Origin: Endomicrobiales bacterium
GTDB lineage: Bacteria > Elusimicrobiota > Endomicrobiia > Endomicrobiales > JALOBY01
Length of the DNA: 64,000 bases
Assembly (NCBI GenBank): GCA_963796955.1
Contig: CAWCNJ010000008.1
Coordinates: 448,001-512,000, forward strand
Reading direction: 5' to 3'
Part shown: piece by piece, positions 60,086-64,000 of the stretch
Layout of the letters: each line of letters begins with the position of its first letter
How positions within the stretch are numbered: the first letter of the stretch is position 1
Notes under the pieces: model-generated
Databases searched by the model: none
The model's input: the letters and a program-made list of their open reading frames with translations, nothing else
Told to the model about the DNA's origin: nothing
Program-made: the position numbers and the translations under genes

Positions 60086-60439
60086 TAACGCTATATACGG
60101 CCATTGGCAACCAAACTACAACTATTGTCATATATATCACGCATGTCCTCGAAAATATTGAATTAACGAACCAAACTTAATATTTTACTTTAACTTATTA
60201 TTATTATCACTCAAATTCGGCTATTTATTCGTAACTTTCCTTCCTGTTTATTTTTATCAGAATTATGGACTTTATAAATTGAGCTACTTCACTGGATGCA
60301 GATCACAGAAACTACTCCAAATTTTGGCAAAACATAGAATTTATGAATCGCGCAAAACAGGCCAGATGTAAACCTGCTATAAGTTTAATGGTTTACAATA
60401 GGACCACAAAAACAGAGGGTTTGAGCAAGAACTTAGAAA

Positions 60440-60763
60440 CTAGGATTTGGTTGAAACTGGGGAGGAGGAGGGTGAAACCTGCGGAGAGCCGGGATCGCGA
60501 ACAACGATACTGAGACCCATAAGAGCATAGCCGCCCAGGATAAGGAACGGTGACAAATTAGCCGCCCAATTCTGGCCAAAAGGGTCAGCCAGGGTAAGCA
60601 CATAATACCCCAGGCAGGCCGTAATGATACCAAAAATAAGCACCTTTTTCCCAACTCGGGACAGGGAAAAAACAGGTTTAACTGCAGCCGCAGGGGCAGA
60701 AACCCTTGAAGGACTTTTTTGCTGGATGGCTGAACGGGATAAACGTGACCTTTTGTTTTTCAT
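60440..60763 (-). CDS. Small two-TM membrane protein
   Basis: Basic N-terminus and two hydrophobic helices; directly downstream of truA. Confidence 0.7.
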   Translation of the reverse strand: MKNKRSRLSRSAIQQKSPSRVSAPAAAVKPVFSLSRVGKKVLIFGIITACLGYYVLTLADPFGQNWAANLSPFLILGGYALMGLSIVVRDPGSPQVSPSSSPVSTKS

Positions 60764-60765
60764 AG

Positions 60766-61518
60766 TTAAAAGAGTATTTCTTTAAGGAATAGGCCCTTGG
60801 CCGGGGCTGTAGGACCGGCCAAAGAACGCTTCTTTGAGCGCAGGATAGAACCGATCTTCTCCGGTTCAGTTTTCCCCAGTCCCACATCAACAAGGGTACC
60901 TGCCATATTGCGCACCATTTTGTACAGGAACCGGTCACCGGTGAAGGTAATGGTGATCTTACCTGCAGCGGAGCTTATACGTATGGATGCAATCCTTGCG
61001 ACTTTATCTAAAATTACGCTGTTTTTGGCATCGAACGAGCTAAAATCATGCTTGCCGCACAAGACTTTTGCCGCCTTACGCATAAGTTGAACATTAAGAG
61101 GCTGCCTGATATGCCAGGCGTTGGTTCCATGCCAGACAGATCTATAAGACCGGTTCCAAATGTGATACTGATAAGACTTTTTAACGGCATCGTAACGCGC
61201 GTTAAAGCCTTTGGAGACCCGTTTAACCTGTTTAATGGAGATGTCCTGCGGAAGAAAGCCATTGAGCGCATGCTGAATGTTGAGCGGTGGTATCGAGGTG
61301 GAGGTTGTAAAGCTGGCGGCCTGCATATGAGCGTGAACACCGGCGTCCGTGCGGCCCGTAACGGACAGCGCAACGGGCTTCTTGAGCAGTTTTTCAAGAG
61401 CTTCTTCCAGCTTGGCCTGCACGGTCCGGAGGCCCGGCTGAACTTGCCAGCCGGAAAAACGAGTTCCGTCATATTCAATGAACAGCAGGAACGTGCTTTC
61501 GCTACTGGTTAACGACAT
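60766..61518 (-). CDS. truA: tRNA pseudouridine(38-40) synthase
   Basis: YDGTRFSGWQ, GRTDAGVHA, FLYKMVR and TAPAKGL. Confidence 0.97.
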   Translation of the reverse strand: MSLTSSESTFLLFIEYDGTRFSGWQVQPGLRTVQAKLEEALEKLLKKPVALSVTGRTDAGVHAHMQAASFTTSTSIPPLNIQHALNGFLPQDISIKQVKRVSKGFNARYDAVKKSYQYHIWNRSYRSVWHGTNAWHIRQPLNVQLMRKAAKVLCGKHDFSSFDAKNSVILDKVARIASIRISSAAGKITITFTGDRFLYKMVRNMAGTLVDVGLGKTEPEKIGSILRSKKRSLAGPTAPAKGLFLKEILF

Positions 61519-62194
61519 CTGAGAAACGCACCGGCTCTATCTTCTGGTTCATTAAGTATTGTTTCAATTGCGGCTGGCAGCAATGCGCAAGCTCCGCTTC
61601 ACGCCAAAGCTCGCCGTAACCGGGATGCGTCATAAGTTCGGCAACGCCGTAATCTTCATCCACATTTCCCCAATACCAGCCCTCGATAAAATGATCCACG
61701 ACCCGCAAACCGTTATCAATAGCAAGTTTTTTTGCTGCTTCAAAGGCTTCTCTGTCTGGATAATGTTGCGCAAAAACCCGCATAAAAGGTATTTTGTATT
61801 CTTTCGCCACTTCACAGGCAGCAGGGAAGACCTCGTTAACCAGGTGAGCATGATGGTGGCTGTCAAAATGATCTGCGGTGAAGCCAAATGAATAGAACTT
61901 ATCCAACTGCCGGCGGAACTCCACCTTAAGGCATTCGTGGTTCAATATACCGTCCGCCCAGCCGGTCACGATCCCGTGGCCGTGCTCCACATTGAAATAT
62001 TTATCTATATCGACATGGATGCCCAGCGAAAGGCCGGGATGCTCATGCGCCATGCGCACAGCCTCGTCGGTACCTTCCTTCTCCACAAATAAAGAAGCGC
62101 TGGTCACCACACCTGTCTGGTGAGCCTGCAAGATACCTTTATTTATGTTCTCGCGGTAGCCGAAATCATCGGCATTTACTATAAGTTTTTTCAT
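61502..62194 (-). CDS. ChbG/HpnK (YdjC) family deacetylase
   Basis: LIVNADDFG, DSHHHAH and ELMTHPG. Confidence 0.9.
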   Translation of the reverse strand: MKKLIVNADDFGYRENINKGILQAHQTGVVTSASLFVEKEGTDEAVRMAHEHPGLSLGIHVDIDKYFNVEHGHGIVTGWADGILNHECLKVEFRRQLDKFYSFGFTADHFDSHHHAHLVNEVFPAACEVAKEYKIPFMRVFAQHYPDREAFEAAKKLAIDNGLRVVDHFIEGWYWGNVDEDYGVAELMTHPGYGELWREAELAHCCQPQLKQYLMNQKIEPVRFSDVVNQ

Positions 62195-62219
62195 CTTTAC
62201 TCAATTATACTAAATATTC

Positions 62220-63245
62220 CTATTTTATCAAGCTTTTTTTATCAAGCGCTTCGGCTATCTGCACGGCGTTAAGAGCGGCGCCCTTAAGCAGGTTATCGGA
62301 AACGACCCAGAACGTAAGTCCCCTGGCGCAGGAAATATCTTTGCGCAGGCGGCCGACATAGGTAACCTGTTTGCCTTCCGCAGCCAGCGGCGTGGGATAC
62401 TTCTTGTTGGCCGGGTCGTCAACCATTTCAATTCCTTCCGCCTTGGAAAGCAGTTTGCGCGCCGTTTCAACGGAAAGTTCTTTTTCCGTTTCTATCCACA
62501 CATTTTCACTGTGTGAGCGGTACACGGGAACGCGCACGCAGGTAGCGCTCAGCTGGATGGAATCATCGCCCATTATCTTGCGGGTTTCATTGACCATCTT
62601 CATTTCTTCTTTGGTATAGCCGTTCTCGGTAAAAACATCTATCTGCGGTATAAGGTTGAATGCTATCTGGTACTGGAACTTATTGGCCGCCGGGATAGAT
62701 TCCCCTTTCGCCCAGGCCATTGTCTGGCTTTTAAGTTCATCCATGCCTTTTTGCCCCGCGCCGGAAACCGACTGGTAGGTGGAGACCACAACACGCTTGA
62801 TCTTCGCTTCGTCGTGCAGCGGTTTCAGGGCGACCACCATCTGAATGGTGGAGCAATTAGGATTAGCGATAATTTTCTTGTCAGCGGCGAGGTCACCGGG
62901 GTTTACCTCCGGCACTACCAGGGGGACCTCTTTGTCCATACGCCAGGCGCTGGAGTTATCGATAACGAAGCAATTATTCTTCGCAAATATGGGAGCATAC
63001 TCTTTAGAGATATCGGAGCCGGCGCTGAACAGGGCAACATCAAGATCCTTTGTGTTTTCCGGGCACAACAATTCGACTTTGATATCCTTGCCGTTGAACT
63101 TAACGATCTTCCCCACCGAACGCTCGGAAGCCAGCAGCCGAAGGCTTTTGACCGGGAACTTTCGGTTCTCCAGCATCTTTACCATTTCAACGCCTACTGC
63201 GCCGGTCGCGCCGACCACTGCCACTCTATATTTGCTCACGTTCAT
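62220..63245 (-). CDS. asd: Aspartate-semialdehyde dehydrogenase
   Basis: GATGAVG, ANPNCST, TYQSVSGAG and DNLLKGAALNA. Confidence 0.97.
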   Translation of the reverse strand: MNVSKYRVAVVGATGAVGVEMVKMLENRKFPVKSLRLLASERSVGKIVKFNGKDIKVELLCPENTKDLDVALFSAGSDISKEYAPIFAKNNCFVIDNSSAWRMDKEVPLVVPEVNPGDLAADKKIIANPNCSTIQMVVALKPLHDEAKIKRVVVSTYQSVSGAGQKGMDELKSQTMAWAKGESIPAANKFQYQIAFNLIPQIDVFTENGYTKEEMKMVNETRKIMGDDSIQLSATCVRVPVYRSHSENVWIETEKELSVETARKLLSKAEGIEMVDDPANKKYPTPLAAEGKQVTYVGRLRKDISCARGLTFWVVSDNLLKGAALNAVQIAEALDKKSLIK

Positions 63246-63278
63246 TACTCCTGTTAATTAAGTATACGCTCTCTGCGA

Positions 63279-64000
63279 CTACAACATTGATGCGACGAAA
63301 TCGCCCATCTCTCTGGTGCCCATGCCCATCTTTCCTGCCGCAAGGGATTTGATCTTGCCGGTCTCAAGGCACTTGATAACAGCTGCCTCTATGGCTTTAC
63401 CGGCTGCCACTTCGCCGATAGTTTCCAGCATCATGCCGCCTGCGCAAATGGCCGCGAGCGGATTAATAACGTTCTGGCCGGTATACTTAGGCGCTGAACC
63501 GCCGATCGGCTCGAACATGGAAACACCGGTGGGGTTGATATTGCCGCCCGCTGCGATACCCATGCCGCCCTGTATCATGGCGCCAAGGTCCGTGATAATA
63601 TCGCCGAAGAGATTGTCGGTAACGATAACATCGAACCATTCCGGGTTCTTTACCATCCACATGGTCGTGGCGTCAACGTGGGCGTAATCAGGTTTTATAT
63701 CGGTATATTCTTTGGCGACGTCATAGAACGCGCGCTCCCAAAGATCGAAGGCATAGGTTAAAACGTTTGTTTTTCCGCACAGCGTAAGCTTCTTTGCCTT
63801 GTTGCGCCTGCGGGTCAGGTCGAAAGCGTACCGGATGCAGCGTTCGGCGCCGAAACGGGTGTTGATTGATTCCTGCACAGATACTTCCTGCGGCGTGCCC
63901 TTGCGCAGGAAACCGCCCGCGCCGACGTAGAGACCTTCGGTGTTTTCTCGTACCACCACGAAATCTATGTGTTCGGGACCTTTATCTTTCAAAGGGCAGG
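63279..64000 (-). CDS. leuB: 3-isopropylmalate dehydrogenase (5' part outside the window)
   Basis: RENTEGLY, NLFGDIITDL and FEPIGGSAP; directly upstream of asd. Confidence 0.85.
   Translation of the reverse strand, partial: CPLKDKGPEHIDFVVVRENTEGLYVGAGGFLRKGTPQEVSVQESINTRFGAERCIRYAFDLTRRRNKAKKLTLCGKTNVLTYAFDLWERAFYDVAKEYTDIKPDYAHVDATTMWMVKNPEWFDVIVTDNLFGDIITDLGAMIQGGMGIAAGGNINPTGVSMFEPIGGSAPKYTGQNVINPLAAICAGGMMLETIGEVAAGKAIEAAVIKCLETGKIKSLAAGKMGMGTREMGDFVASML

Noticed and set aside
59859..60439. AT-rich gap as a replication origin
   Set aside because: No DnaA-box cluster seen; flanking genes converge and a dif site is present
484..63687. Numerous antisense or alternate-frame ORFs of 60-260 aa in the track
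   Set aside because: They overlap well-supported genes and show no motifs or translation signals

Overview
Bacterial chromosomal segment from a diderm (TolC, beta-barrel and lipoprotein genes are present), with no phage and no CRISPR-cas. Almost all genes from 1 to 59.9 kb are on the + strand and all genes after 60.4 kb are on the - strand. A near-consensus 28-bp XerC/XerD dif site sits in the AT-rich gap at that switch (60058-60085), so the window probably spans the replication terminus. Core content: gcvPA/PB, nadE, LD-carboxypeptidase-spmAB, the nspC/CASDH polyamine pair, ogg, miaB-SLT-mutS-PilZ-mutL-miaA, hflX-pgsA-der-plsY-gpsA-HU/IHF-MerR, three tRNAs, panD, acyP, a sigma-70 factor, apt, GH57, truA, asd and leuB. 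Accessory content: (i) an AT-richer islet at about 4.9-10 kb holding an AAA_21 ATPase plus TOPRIM-like DUF4276 pair (candidate defence module), split by a 1575-bp IS3-like element with atypical subterminal inverted repeats; (ii) a CzcCBA-type RND cassette preceded by a secreted leader protein ending in an RSPP arrest-peptide-like motif, with an adaptor lacking the alpha-hairpin; (iii) a doubled Gld-like ABC locus; (iv) decayed toxin-antitoxin modules; (v) several unexplained structured intergenic elements, including an exact 95-bp tandem duplication that mimics the start of the adjacent tRNA-Pro. Single-base frameshifts in miaA and a GldG gene may be sequencing errors. All calls come from reading motifs; no database searches were run.
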